DNA from: a virus | Taxonomy: Duplodnaviria > Caudoviricetes | Virus record (IMG/VR): IMGVR_UViG_3300008116_000192 | Coordinates: 1 to 64,000 of that record | Direction: 5' to 3' (one strand) | Length of the DNA stretch: 64,000 nucleotides | In this document: piece after piece, positions 26,066 through 34,713 of the stretch | How the letters are laid out: every line of letters starts with the position of its first letter | Numbering within the stretch: position 1 is the first letter of the stretch | Notes under the pieces: generated by a model | Seen by the model: the letters and a program-made list of their open reading frames with translations, nothing else | What the model was told of the DNA's origin: nothing | Databases searched by the model: none | Translations under genes and position numbers: made by a program

Positions 26066-27642
26066 ATTATATTGAAGAGTCAGACGATTCAAGTTCGATT
26101 GAGGTCTCTAATGTAGCAGACTGGATGAGATTTAATACTCCAGTTGAAGCAAAGTCTGAGGACCCATTTAAAATTTCAGGAGATGATCTAAGTAAGGTAT
26201 CAGGACTTGGTGCATCTTTCCGCCGTAAAATGAATCGTGATCTTCAAAAAAGATTTGTAGGCATTGATGGTACAGAGACACAGCAAAATCTTATGGCGCA
26301 GGCAGTTACTGGCTACGCTATGTTTGATCTTATTGAGCCTCCATACAATCTAGAATATCTTTCACAGATTTATGAAATATCTGCATATAACTACGCAGCA
26401 ATTAATGCTAAAGTTTCAAATATTGTCGGACTTGGATTTGATTTTATCGAAACAAGAAAAGCAGTTGACGCAATGGAAGAACTTTCAGATACTCAAGTTG
26501 AAAGAGCAAGACGCAAGCTTGATAGACTTAGACAAGATCTTCACGACTGGCTTGAAAACTGTAATGAAGAAGAAACATTTAAAGAAACACTAATTAAGTT
26601 TTATACCGATGTAGAGGCAACAGGTAATGGCTTCCTAGAAATTGGAAGAACTACAAACGGTAAGATTGGATACATTGGACATATTCCGTCAAAGACAATG
26701 CGTGTGCGTCGTCTAAGAGATGGATTTATTCAATTGCTTTATGGCAAGGCGGTATTCTTTAGAAACTTTGGAGATCAAGAAACTCCTAATCCAATCGCAG
26801 GCGGTCTAGATAGACCAAATGAAATTATTCATTTTAAGAAGTATACTCCAACAAATAACTACTATGGAATTCCAGATATTATTGCTGCATCAAATGCAAT
26901 GGCTGGAAACGAGTTTGCTGGAAAATATAACCTAGACTACTTTGAGAATAAGGCAGTTCCAAGATATATTATTACTGTTAAGGGTGCAAAGCTTTCTGCA
27001 GAATCAGAGCGCAAGCTCCTTGAATTTTTCCAAGTTGGTCTAAAGGGAAGAAATCATAGGTCTCTATATATTCCACTTCCTGCAGATACCTCAGACTCAA
27101 AAGTTGAATTTAAGATGGATCCAATTGAGGCGGGAGCACAAGAGTCTTCATTTAACGTATATCGTAAATCAAATAGAGACGAAATCCTTTTGGCACATCG
27201 TGTCCCAATTAATAAAATTGGAACACCAGAAGGAATTAATTTAGCAGCTGCCCGTGATGCAGATAAGACATTTAGAGAGCAAGTTTGCAGACCAGCACAG
27301 GATATTCTTGAAAAGAAATTAAATAAATTAATTCAAGAAATGACAGATGCTCTAGAAATTAAATTTAATGAGCTTACTCTTACCGATGCTGATACTCAGT
27401 CTAAGATTGATGAAAGATTATTGAGAATGCAGGTAATTACTCCTAATGAAGTTAGAATTAGGATGGGTATGGTTCCTCTAGATGGAGGAGATGAAGTAGT
27501 TCAATTAAAGCCTCAGCAACAGGCAGAAATTAGAACACAGGCTAATAATACTCGTCGCAGAGATCAAGAAAGACAAAATAACGCTCCAGATATTTCTGGA
27601 GAAGGCAGAAATGCTCAAGGCGACGGAAGACAAGTCGAGTAG
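26062..27642 (+). CDS. Portal protein
   Basis: YYGIPD, VPRYII, ILLAHRVP, ITPNEVR motifs of PBSX/HK97-type portals. Located upstream of protease and capsid. Confidence 0.88.
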   Translation: MNYIEESDDSSSIEVSNVADWMRFNTPVEAKSEDPFKISGDDLSKVSGLGASFRRKMNRDLQKRFVGIDGTETQQNLMAQAVTGYAMFDLIEPPYNLEYLSQIYEISAYNYAAINAKVSNIVGLGFDFIETRKAVDAMEELSDTQVERARRKLDRLRQDLHDWLENCNEEETFKETLIKFYTDVEATGNGFLEIGRTTNGKIGYIGHIPSKTMRVRRLRDGFIQLLYGKAVFFRNFGDQETPNPIAGGLDRPNEIIHFKKYTPTNNYYGIPDIIAASNAMAGNEFAGKYNLDYFENKAVPRYIITVKGAKLSAESERKLLEFFQVGLKGRNHRSLYIPLPADTSDSKVEFKMDPIEAGAQESSFNVYRKSNRDEILLAHRVPINKIGTPEGINLAAARDADKTFREQVCRPAQDILEKKLNKLIQEMTDALEIKFNELTLTDADTQSKIDERLLRMQVITPNEVRIRMGMVPLDGGDEVVQLKPQQQAEIRTQANNTRRRDQERQNNAPDISGEGRNAQGDGRQVE

Positions 27643-27658
27643 TCCTGCTCAACCATTA

Positions 27659-27688
27659 TTTGCCTTTTGATATATAAGTAGATAAAAT
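27659..27688 (+). promoter_or_regulatory. Promoter TTGCCT-17-TAAAAT (TTTGCCTTTTGA class), leaderless
   Basis: ATG at 27696 is 7 nt after the -10. The same 12-mer occurs at 33142. Confidence 0.65.
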
Positions 27689-27695
27689 AAACTAT

Positions 27696-29000
27696 ATGAA
27701 AATTGAGAAATCTCTCTGGTCCTCACATGGCGACGACATCGTACTGTCCGTCCCATTTACTAAAGTTAATCGTGAAAAGCGTACCGTATCAGGTTTTGCT
27801 ACTCTAGATAATCTTGATCAAACTGGAGACCTTGTAACAGCAGAAGCAAGCCTAAAGGCTTTTGAAAATTTCCGTGGAAACATTCGTGAGATGCATGGAT
27901 CAAATGCTGTTGGCAAGATGGTTTCATTTAAGCCAGAAACATTTTATGACCCAAAGACTGGCGAGTTTTACAATGGCGTTTATGTAGATGCATATATTTC
28001 AAAGGGTGCACAAGATACTTGGGAGAAGATTCTTGATGGCACACTATCAGGATTTTCTATTGGCGGAAAGATTATTGATTCAGAAAATGAAGTAAATAAG
28101 TCTACTGGTAAGACAGTAAGATTTATCAAAGACTACGCTTTGATGGAGTTATCAGTAGTTGATTCTCCAGCAAATGAGCTTTGCAATATCTTATCAATTC
28201 AGAAAATGAACGGGCAACTATTGTTTAAGGGTATTGCAGCAGAGACTCAAGTAGAGAACATCTTCTATTGTGAAGATAGTGATTCTGTTTTTATCTCAAC
28301 AGAATCAAAGTATACATCTCCAGTAAGTGGAAAAGAAGCGGCGCTAATTGGATGGATTGAAAGTAACGATGTAAACAAAGCAAAAGAGATAGATAAGATT
28401 CTTGATTCACATAAGAAATCAAGATTAACGTTGCCTGATACACAAACAATTGCAAAACAGGCAAACGCAGAAGGAGGTAATGAAGTGTCAGAAAACACAG
28501 AAAACGTAGCAGTTGAAGAAACACCTGCTGTCGTAGAAGAGACACCAGCTGTCGCTCCTGCAGAGGAAGCTCCAGTTGTTGAAGAAGCTCCTGCAGAAGA
28601 AGCAGTAGTAGACGCTTCTGCCGAAACTCTGGAAAAAGCAGCCGACGTATCAGAAGTTATGGTTGATGAACCTGATTTTGCAAAGATGCTTGGCGATCTA
28701 AAAGGCTTTTTCTCAGAAACTCTAAACAAGGCATCAGAGGCAAATGCTGCTCAAGTTACAGGTATTAAAGATACAGTTGAAACTTTCAGCAAGAGCGTAG
28801 ATACTCGAATTTCAGAGTTGGCAGAACAACATGCAGCACTTTCAAAGGCTGTAGAAGAAATCAAGAACACGATTGATGGCGTAGAAAAGCGTGTCGATGC
28901 AGTAGAATCAGAGACTGCAATTAAGAAGTCCCATTCGCATCCACAACTGGTGGATCTGGTGTACATGTTGGTTCCGAGAATGGTAATGGCGGATTGTTAA
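27696..29000 (+). CDS. Prohead (HK97-type) maturation protease fused to acidic/coiled-coil scaffold; C-terminus apparently aberrant
   Basis: REMH, LSGFSIGG, ELSVVDSPAN motifs and an EEAP-rich linker. The last ~23 codons read capsid-like sequence out of frame. Confidence 0.85.
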   Translation: MKIEKSLWSSHGDDIVLSVPFTKVNREKRTVSGFATLDNLDQTGDLVTAEASLKAFENFRGNIREMHGSNAVGKMVSFKPETFYDPKTGEFYNGVYVDAYISKGAQDTWEKILDGTLSGFSIGGKIIDSENEVNKSTGKTVRFIKDYALMELSVVDSPANELCNILSIQKMNGQLLFKGIAAETQVENIFYCEDSDSVFISTESKYTSPVSGKEAALIGWIESNDVNKAKEIDKILDSHKKSRLTLPDTQTIAKQANAEGGNEVSENTENVAVEETPAVVEETPAVAPAEEAPVVEEAPAEEAVVDASAETLEKAADVSEVMVDEPDFAKMLGDLKGFFSETLNKASEANAAQVTGIKDTVETFSKSVDTRISELAEQHAALSKAVEEIKNTIDGVEKRVDAVESETAIKKSHSHPQLVDLVYMLVPRMVMADC

Positions 29001-29926
29001 ACCCAGAACAGTCTGCTCGCTTCCTAGACTACATGTTCGATGCTACCGTAATTGGTAAGGTCGCACGTACAGTACGAATGAGAGCCGACACAACAGAGAT
29101 TGATCGTATTGGTGTAGGATCCAAGCTTATGGTTCTTGCAACAGAAGGTGACAACACTGGTGCAAACTCAGCAGTCACATTCTCAAAGATCTCTCTTACA
29201 ACTAAGAAGCTTCGTTTGGATTGGGAGCTTTCAACAGAGTCTCTAGAAGACAATATTGAAGGTCCAGATCTAGAAGATCACATTGCACGTTTGATGGCAA
29301 CACAGGCAGGTAACGATATCGAAGACGTTCTCCTAAACGGAAATACAGCGCTAACATCAGATAACCTATACAAGGCATTTGATGGTGTTGTAAAGAAGTC
29401 TAAGGCTAACGGACACGTAGTCGATGCAGCAGGTGCAAACGTATCTCGTGCAGTATTCAATTCAGCATTGAAGGCACTTCCACGTAAGTACAAGCAGCGT
29501 CGTACAGACCTCCGCTTCCTTGCAGGTTCAAACTTGATCCAGGATTTCCTATATGCTAACAGCATTGGTACAAACCAGACAATTCCACAGGATATTGCTT
29601 CAAGCATCATCCGTGGCGATGTTCAACCACTATCAGGTCCAGCAGGATATGTAGCTCCATACGCATTTGGTATTCCAATCGTTGAAGTTCCACTTCTTCC
29701 AGAGACACAGACAGGTGATTATTCAGGCGCAACTGGCTCACACGGTGATATCCACTTGACATTCCCAAATAACGTAGTTATTGGTATCAAGCGTGATGTA
29801 ACTGTCTACCGCTTCTTCTGGCCTCGTAAGGACTCAATCGAGTATACACTTTATACTCGTGTCGGTGTTCAAATTGAGCAGGCAGATGCATGGGTAGTTG
29901 TAAAGAACGTTAAGGTCGCTTCCTAA
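28994..29926 (+). CDS. Major capsid protein (HK97 fold); N-terminus and start apparently missing, frame open from 28925
   Basis: LNPEQSARFLDYM, KKLRLDWELSTESLEDNIEG, GIPIVEVP. Followed by a terminator. Confidence 0.88.
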   Translation: MLNPEQSARFLDYMFDATVIGKVARTVRMRADTTEIDRIGVGSKLMVLATEGDNTGANSAVTFSKISLTTKKLRLDWELSTESLEDNIEGPDLEDHIARLMATQAGNDIEDVLLNGNTALTSDNLYKAFDGVVKKSKANGHVVDAAGANVSRAVFNSALKALPRKYKQRRTDLRFLAGSNLIQDFLYANSIGTNQTIPQDIASSIIRGDVQPLSGPAGYVAPYAFGIPIVEVPLLPETQTGDYSGATGSHGDIHLTFPNNVVIGIKRDVTVYRFFWPRKDSIEYTLYTRVGVQIEQADAWVVVKNVKVAS

Positions 29927-29949
29927 TTTATAGGATTTAGATCTGCACG

Positions 29950-29980
29950 AAAACCCCCAGTTTAATAAATTGGGGGTTTT
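29950..29980 (+). terminator. Intrinsic terminator after capsid
   Basis: AAAACCCCCAG...TTGGGGGTTTT. Confidence 0.8.
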
Positions 29981-29996
29981 CATTTTAATTTAATAG

Positions 29997-30005
29997 TGAT
30001 ATAAT
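29997..30005 (+). promoter_or_regulatory. Extended -10 TGATATAAT
   Basis: Upstream of 30034. Confidence 0.55.
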
Positions 30006-30033
30006 TATATTTACCTAGAATAAGGAGAAACAT

Positions 30034-30435
30034 ATGTCATTTGAAACATTGAAAGTTTCAGAGCTAAAAAAAATTGCAGAAGACTTCGGAGTAGAAGTAG
30101 ACGGTCTTAAGAATAAGGCAGATATTATAGCGGCACTCTCAGAAGAAGGCGTAACATGGTCAGTTTACGAAAAGACCACAAAGGCTTTAGAAGATGAGGC
30201 GGAAGATATTTCGGAAGAGGTTCTACCTAAGTTTGATCCTAAAAAGAATCAAGCAGAGGATACCGTTCTAGTAAGAATGGATAGAGCAAATTTCCGATAC
30301 GACATATTGGGTCACACCTTTACAAGGGAGCACCCATTTGTTGCAATGAACAAAGATCAAGCGCAAGCAATTTTTGATAAGGAGGAGGGCTTTAGACTAG
30401 CAACTCCAAAGGAAGTACAAGAGTTCTATAACTAA
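30034..30435 (+). CDS. Hypothetical protein with N-terminal HeH/Rho-N-like motif
   Basis: LKVSELKKIAEDFGV....KNKADIIAAL. AAGGAG SD. Confidence 0.55.
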   Translation: MSFETLKVSELKKIAEDFGVEVDGLKNKADIIAALSEEGVTWSVYEKTTKALEDEAEDISEEVLPKFDPKKNQAEDTVLVRMDRANFRYDILGHTFTREHPFVAMNKDQAQAIFDKEEGFRLATPKEVQEFYN

Positions 30436-30444
30436 AGCTTCTAG

Positions 30445-31437
30445 ATGCCAGAAGTATATAAAGACCAGTATGAACCTATCAAAACGATTTTGTTTTGGAA
30501 TGGCGAAAATGTAGATGCAGATGGTTCTGTTGTCGTAACTTTTTATGACGTAACAGAAGACCCATCAATTACTCCTGCAATTAGCCCAACAACTCCAATA
30601 ACAGTTTTAACTGCAACAAAAAATGAAACAAATATTGGATCTTATCAGGTAAGTCTTCCTACTAATTTAGTTAATAGAGAAAGAAAATATAGGCTTGTCT
30701 GGGCATATACAATTAGCGGAACTTCTGCATCTAACGTATCGTTTGTCGATGTAGTGAATCCATATGCATCTATGGCAGATGCTGTAGAGCAATTAGGCAT
30801 AGGAATAGATTCTGGTGATCCAAGCTACAAAACTTATCTTCAATTGAAGCAGGCGGAAAAATATTCTCGTCATATAATTGAAGATTATACTGGTCAAGAA
30901 TTTCATCTATATGATGATACAGAAATAGTATACGGAAGTGATTCAGATATTCTTCCTCTCCCATATAGAATAGAAAGCATATATAAATTATATGCAAACG
31001 ATGTTTTGTTATATGATGCAACAACAACTCCAACAGTAAATAATTGGCTGTACACTCCAATTATTGCAGAGAGCAATTTTGCAATTAGAGTAGATAGAAC
31101 AACATTATTAGACAATACTGTGTATACAGCAAATGGCATGGTTCCTCCAACAATAAATGATACATACGCAGGACAAGCATTTGCTAAAAATGTTAGATAT
31201 AAAGTTGTTGGTAAATTTGGTTGGAGCGAAGTTCCAGAAGATGTACAACAGGCATGTATAAACTTGATGGGACACTACTTTGAAAAAGATAGGCTTTGGA
31301 AGGATCAATACGTTAAAAAAGTTCAAACATTTGATTGGAATATAGAGTATAGTGGAGATGTATTCTCTGGTACAGGATGTTCCTACGCAGACAAGATGCT
31401 GTCGCCTTTTGTTTTGAGCCAAATGGTTGTGATCTAA
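30445..31437 (+). CDS. Head-tail connector/adaptor protein
   Basis: Position after capsid, with A...IEDYTGQ and GWSEVPEDVQQAC motifs of gp6-like adaptors. Confidence 0.65.
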   Translation: MPEVYKDQYEPIKTILFWNGENVDADGSVVVTFYDVTEDPSITPAISPTTPITVLTATKNETNIGSYQVSLPTNLVNRERKYRLVWAYTISGTSASNVSFVDVVNPYASMADAVEQLGIGIDSGDPSYKTYLQLKQAEKYSRHIIEDYTGQEFHLYDDTEIVYGSDSDILPLPYRIESIYKLYANDVLLYDATTTPTVNNWLYTPIIAESNFAIRVDRTTLLDNTVYTANGMVPPTINDTYAGQAFAKNVRYKVVGKFGWSEVPEDVQQACINLMGHYFEKDRLWKDQYVKKVQTFDWNIEYSGDVFSGTGCSYADKMLSPFVLSQMVVI

Positions 31438-31866
31438 ATGTATAGTCTTGTGGATTCAATTCTATCCATGCAGATGGATGTTTATCAGCAAATAGATACT
31501 CAAGATACAAATACTGGTGCTATAAAAAAAGAGTGGCATTATATAAGAACTGTAGGATGTCATGCCAAAGGAATTATTAGTAATTCCGTAACATCTCGAA
31601 ATGGTGATAGGCAGTCTTTTAATAATAAATATATAAACGATCAGGTAATTCAAGTTAGAACCCTTGAAAGAGTTACGCTTAGAGAAAAAGTAACAAATAT
31701 TAGAGACTCAGAAAATCATGTAATTTGGACAGAGTTAGATTACCCAACAGAAACACCAACAGTTTTTGAGGTAATAGGATCAACTCCTATAACAGATCCA
31801 TTTGGTAGGGTGATTGCATATAATACTACAATGAGAAGATCGGAGAACCAGCAAATTGGAATCTAA
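31438..31866 (+). CDS. Head-tail joining (head closure/stopper-like) protein
   Basis: Synteny and size (142 aa). Confidence 0.5.
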   Translation: MYSLVDSILSMQMDVYQQIDTQDTNTGAIKKEWHYIRTVGCHAKGIISNSVTSRNGDRQSFNNKYINDQVIQVRTLERVTLREKVTNIRDSENHVIWTELDYPTETPTVFEVIGSTPITDPFGRVIAYNTTMRRSENQQIGI

Positions 31867-32629
31867 TGACCTTCTCGTAAGAGCTGCAAGTCGCCTGGAG
31901 CCTTTGATGGCGGGAGACAGAAAGGCAGACTTTTTTAAAAGTAGTTTAGTGGCACAAATATCTGCAGCCATATATTACAAGGCTCATGTTATGGATAAAA
32001 TCATGACAAGCAAGCCTCTTCAAAATAAATTCAAGCAGATGATATTTGATCAGGTAAATAAAGACTTTTCTGATTATATTGATGCTCAGGCTAGAGTTAA
32101 ACCAAAACAATTTCATCATGTTTATGAATGGAAACGTATTGGAGAAATGTCTGCAAGACTATTTAAATTAAAAGAAATAAATACAAATGAGTTCTCTCTA
32201 AAATTAACTTATGAATTTCAACCATCTAAAAGCTTCGTCCCAACTGGAAAAGGTAAGCACAGGCATGTATTTGTAAATAAAGCCTCTGTGATGGAAGCTG
32301 GGATGCCCGTTAGAATTGCTCCAAGGGCCGCAGAGCGCATAGTATTTGAAACTAGTGGTTATGTAGTCTATATGCCTAAAGGGGCCTCTGTGACCGTTAG
32401 AAAGCCTGGAGGCAATGCAGTAAAACAATCGTTTGAATTAGCATACAGAAGATTTTTTACAACAGATTTAGTTAATAGCTCAATTAAAAAATCTGGATTC
32501 CAAAAAATGTTTAATACTAAAGTTCGTGAAGCAGCAGGAATTCCAGCTGCTATTAAAACAGTTAAGTATTCATTTTCTCCAAATTCTGTCAGATCTATGG
32601 CAGAGGCAGCAGTTATGGTGGGTGCATAA
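31856..32629 (+). CDS. Neck/tail completion-region protein
   Basis: Synteny. Basic 257-aa protein. Confidence 0.4.
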   Translation: MESNDLLVRAASRLEPLMAGDRKADFFKSSLVAQISAAIYYKAHVMDKIMTSKPLQNKFKQMIFDQVNKDFSDYIDAQARVKPKQFHHVYEWKRIGEMSARLFKLKEINTNEFSLKLTYEFQPSKSFVPTGKGKHRHVFVNKASVMEAGMPVRIAPRAAERIVFETSGYVVYMPKGASVTVRKPGGNAVKQSFELAYRRFFTTDLVNSSIKKSGFQKMFNTKVREAAGIPAAIKTVKYSFSPNSVRSMAEAAVMVGA

Positions 32630-33141
32630 TGCCAGCAGACTACAAATTAGATGCAATGACTGAGCTGAGAAGATTCATTTGGTCTGATTTGCAGACCCTG
32701 AATATATTTGATCCAGATGATTATTATATGGACAATATTGGAGACACATTTATTCCAATTATTCCAGTACAACAGTCTGCAGAAGTCAATCAATTTTTGA
32801 GCGGGAAGAAGCATATAGTCTATGACAAGATAGGCATGTCCTATGAAGAAAATTGGCTAATATGCTGTGAGCAGATTCTATTTACCATTTATTCAACAGA
32901 TGTATCAGAAATAAATCAGATTAGAAATTATATGACAGACATGTTTAGAAGAATGGATGATTCTGCCAGAGACATTAATCTTTGGGCCAACCTTTCAGAC
33001 AAATTTAAGTTCTACAGCATATTTATTGCAGACATAAGCCCAACCGAACCATCAATGGAACTACAAGGATTCCTTTCTGCAGATGTAGTTCTAGAGGTCA
33101 AATATTCAAGAATAACGGATTCCTCAGGCAGGTTTGCTTAG
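32629..33141 (+). CDS. Tail terminator-like protein
   Basis: Acidic 170-aa protein directly before the tail tube gene (synteny). Confidence 0.45.
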   Translation: MPADYKLDAMTELRRFIWSDLQTLNIFDPDDYYMDNIGDTFIPIIPVQQSAEVNQFLSGKKHIVYDKIGMSYEENWLICCEQILFTIYSTDVSEINQIRNYMTDMFRRMDDSARDINLWANLSDKFKFYSIFIADISPTEPSMELQGFLSADVVLEVKYSRITDSSGRFA

Positions 33142-33171
33142 TTTGCCTTTTGACCCTTTATGGCCTAAAAT
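33142..33171 (+). promoter_or_regulatory. Promoter TTGCCT-17-TAAAAT (TTTGCCTTTTGA class)
   Basis: Identical 12-mer to 27659. Upstream of the tail tube gene. Confidence 0.65.
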
Positions 33172-33239
33172 TGGTTTAGAGGAAAAGAGCCTAGCCAGCG
33201 ATTTAAATTTTTAATAACCACAGGAGGTGGAAATAAAAC

Positions 33240-33938
33240 ATGGCACAATCAACAGGTAATGCTAAAAATATTCTTGTAGGTGCATCTCCACTATTTCTTT
33301 CAAACATTGACTCAACAGCTACAGCATATGTAGAAAACGTAGAGCCAGGCGATGGAAGAAACAGCACAGCAGTTAAGGTCCCAGCATTTTCTGGATCAGC
33401 ATCTTATACAAGCACCTTGAATACAATTGATTCTGGAGACTTTTACTATCGTAACGTAGGTTACACAAATAACGGTCTTCAGATTACATACAACCCAACC
33501 TATGACTCAGTTACAGTAGATCAGCTTCTTGATACAGCAAAGCTTTTCAAGTCTGCGATGGAGGTAATGATCGCAACTGAAATGTCCGAAGGTACCCTTG
33601 AGAACGTTTTGATCGTTTTCGGTCAAGGCGCAAGCACAAAGGCTGCTGGATCTGGAACACAGACTGGAACTACAACTCTAGGTTTGGAAGCAGGTGCTCT
33701 TGGTGTTGCACCAACAGAGCGTCAGCTTATTGCAGTTGGTCAAGCACCAACAACAAGCACCCCTAAGTCTGAGCGTGTATACTATGCTCGTCGAGTACTT
33801 TCTGTACAACAGTCACAGTTCTCACTTGCACGTAACACTCCAACCACATTTCCAGTAACCTTCCGTCTTCTACCATCAGGCGAGTCAGCCTATCTTGGTT
33901 CAGAATACGGTAAGATTATTGACCGTACTTGGGCATAA
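33240..33938 (+). CDS. Major tail tube protein
   Basis: NILVGA, VGYTNNGLQITYNP, TFPVTFRLLP. Strong GGAGG SD, own promoter and terminator, precedes chaperone and TMP. Confidence 0.8.
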   Translation: MAQSTGNAKNILVGASPLFLSNIDSTATAYVENVEPGDGRNSTAVKVPAFSGSASYTSTLNTIDSGDFYYRNVGYTNNGLQITYNPTYDSVTVDQLLDTAKLFKSAMEVMIATEMSEGTLENVLIVFGQGASTKAAGSGTQTGTTTLGLEAGALGVAPTERQLIAVGQAPTTSTPKSERVYYARRVLSVQQSQFSLARNTPTTFPVTFRLLPSGESAYLGSEYGKIIDRTWA

Positions 33939-33960
33939 TAATTAATTTTTAATTAGTAGG

Positions 33961-33986
33961 AAAACCCTCATTAACTTGAGGGTTTT
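33961..33986 (+). terminator. Intrinsic terminator after tail tube gene
   Basis: AAAACCCTCA...TGAGGGTTTT followed by T. Confidence 0.8.
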
Positions 33987-33991
33987 TCTAT

Positions 33992-34020
33992 TTGTATTTG
34001 TAAATTGATTTTGTTATAAT
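33992..34020 (+). promoter_or_regulatory. Promoter TTGTAT-17-TATAAT with extended -10 TG
   Basis: Upstream of the tail chaperone. Confidence 0.65.
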
Positions 34021-34048
34021 GATTTAGACTATCCGTTAGGAGGATAAA

Positions 34049-34381
34049 TTGGCTACAAAAGTCTACGATGTAGAAGAAATTGAATTACAGAATGGTGCAA
34101 AGGTAAAACTTAAGCCGTTATCAATTAAAGAACTCAGAAAGTTTATGGCGGCTATTAGCAAAACCGCAGAAGTAAAAACAGAAGATGAAACTTTAACAAT
34201 TCTTATAGATGCCTGTGCAGTGGCATTAGAGAAGCAGCTACCAGACTTGGTAGCAGACAGAGATGCACTAGAAGATGCATTGGATGTTCCAACAATTAAC
34301 CGCATTCTAGAAGTATGCGGAGGAATTAAGATGGACGACCCAAATCTACTAGCGGCAGCGGTTCTAGCTGGCACGAACTAG
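34049..34381 (+). CDS. Tail assembly chaperone (lambda gpG-like)
   Basis: Between tail tube and TMP. AGGAGG SD, TTG start. Confidence 0.8.
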   Translation: MATKVYDVEEIELQNGAKVKLKPLSIKELRKFMAAISKTAEVKTEDETLTILIDACAVALEKQLPDLVADRDALEDALDVPTINRILEVCGGIKMDDPNLLAAAVLAGTN

Positions 34382-34707
34382 ATCTAGCCGCTTTAGAGGG
34401 AGATGTTTTTCTTCTGGGACACTGGAAGAATTATGAAGAGCTTGAAGAAAGCCTCTCGATGCCAGAGTTAATTCAAACTTTGCAATCTATGCAAAAGGTT
34501 GAGCATGAAAGAAGAAAGTTTCAGGCAGGACTAAAAGGAATTAACTTAGAGGAAGAAAATAATAAGGAGGGTACCTCGTTCGACGATTTAAGAAGAAAAG
34601 CATTAGGAATTAATGCAAGCGCAGATGATGTTGTAGGTCTACAAGGACAATTTGCATCAGAAGCAGGATTCGGAATCGGAATGGGATTAGGGTACTCACA
34701 GGAGTAA
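34330..34707 (+). CDS. -1 frame extension of tail chaperone (gpGT-like fusion C-terminus)
   Basis: The open frame extends well upstream of the 34459 ATG (ELDLAALEGDVFLLGHWKNYEELEESLSM...). Confidence 0.7.
   Translation, partial: DGRPKSTSGSGSSWHELDLAALEGDVFLLGHWKNYEELEESLSMPELIQTLQSMQKVEHERRKFQAGLKGINLEEENNKEGTSFDDLRRKALGINASADDVVGLQGQFASEAGFGIGMGLGYSQE
34339..34345 (+). other. -1 programmed ribosomal frameshift heptamer C CCA AAT
   Basis: X XXY YYZ in the chaperone reading frame. The -1 frame opens at 34330 (TAA at 34327-34329) and runs to 34707. Confidence 0.75.
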
Positions 34708-34713
34708 TAGTAA

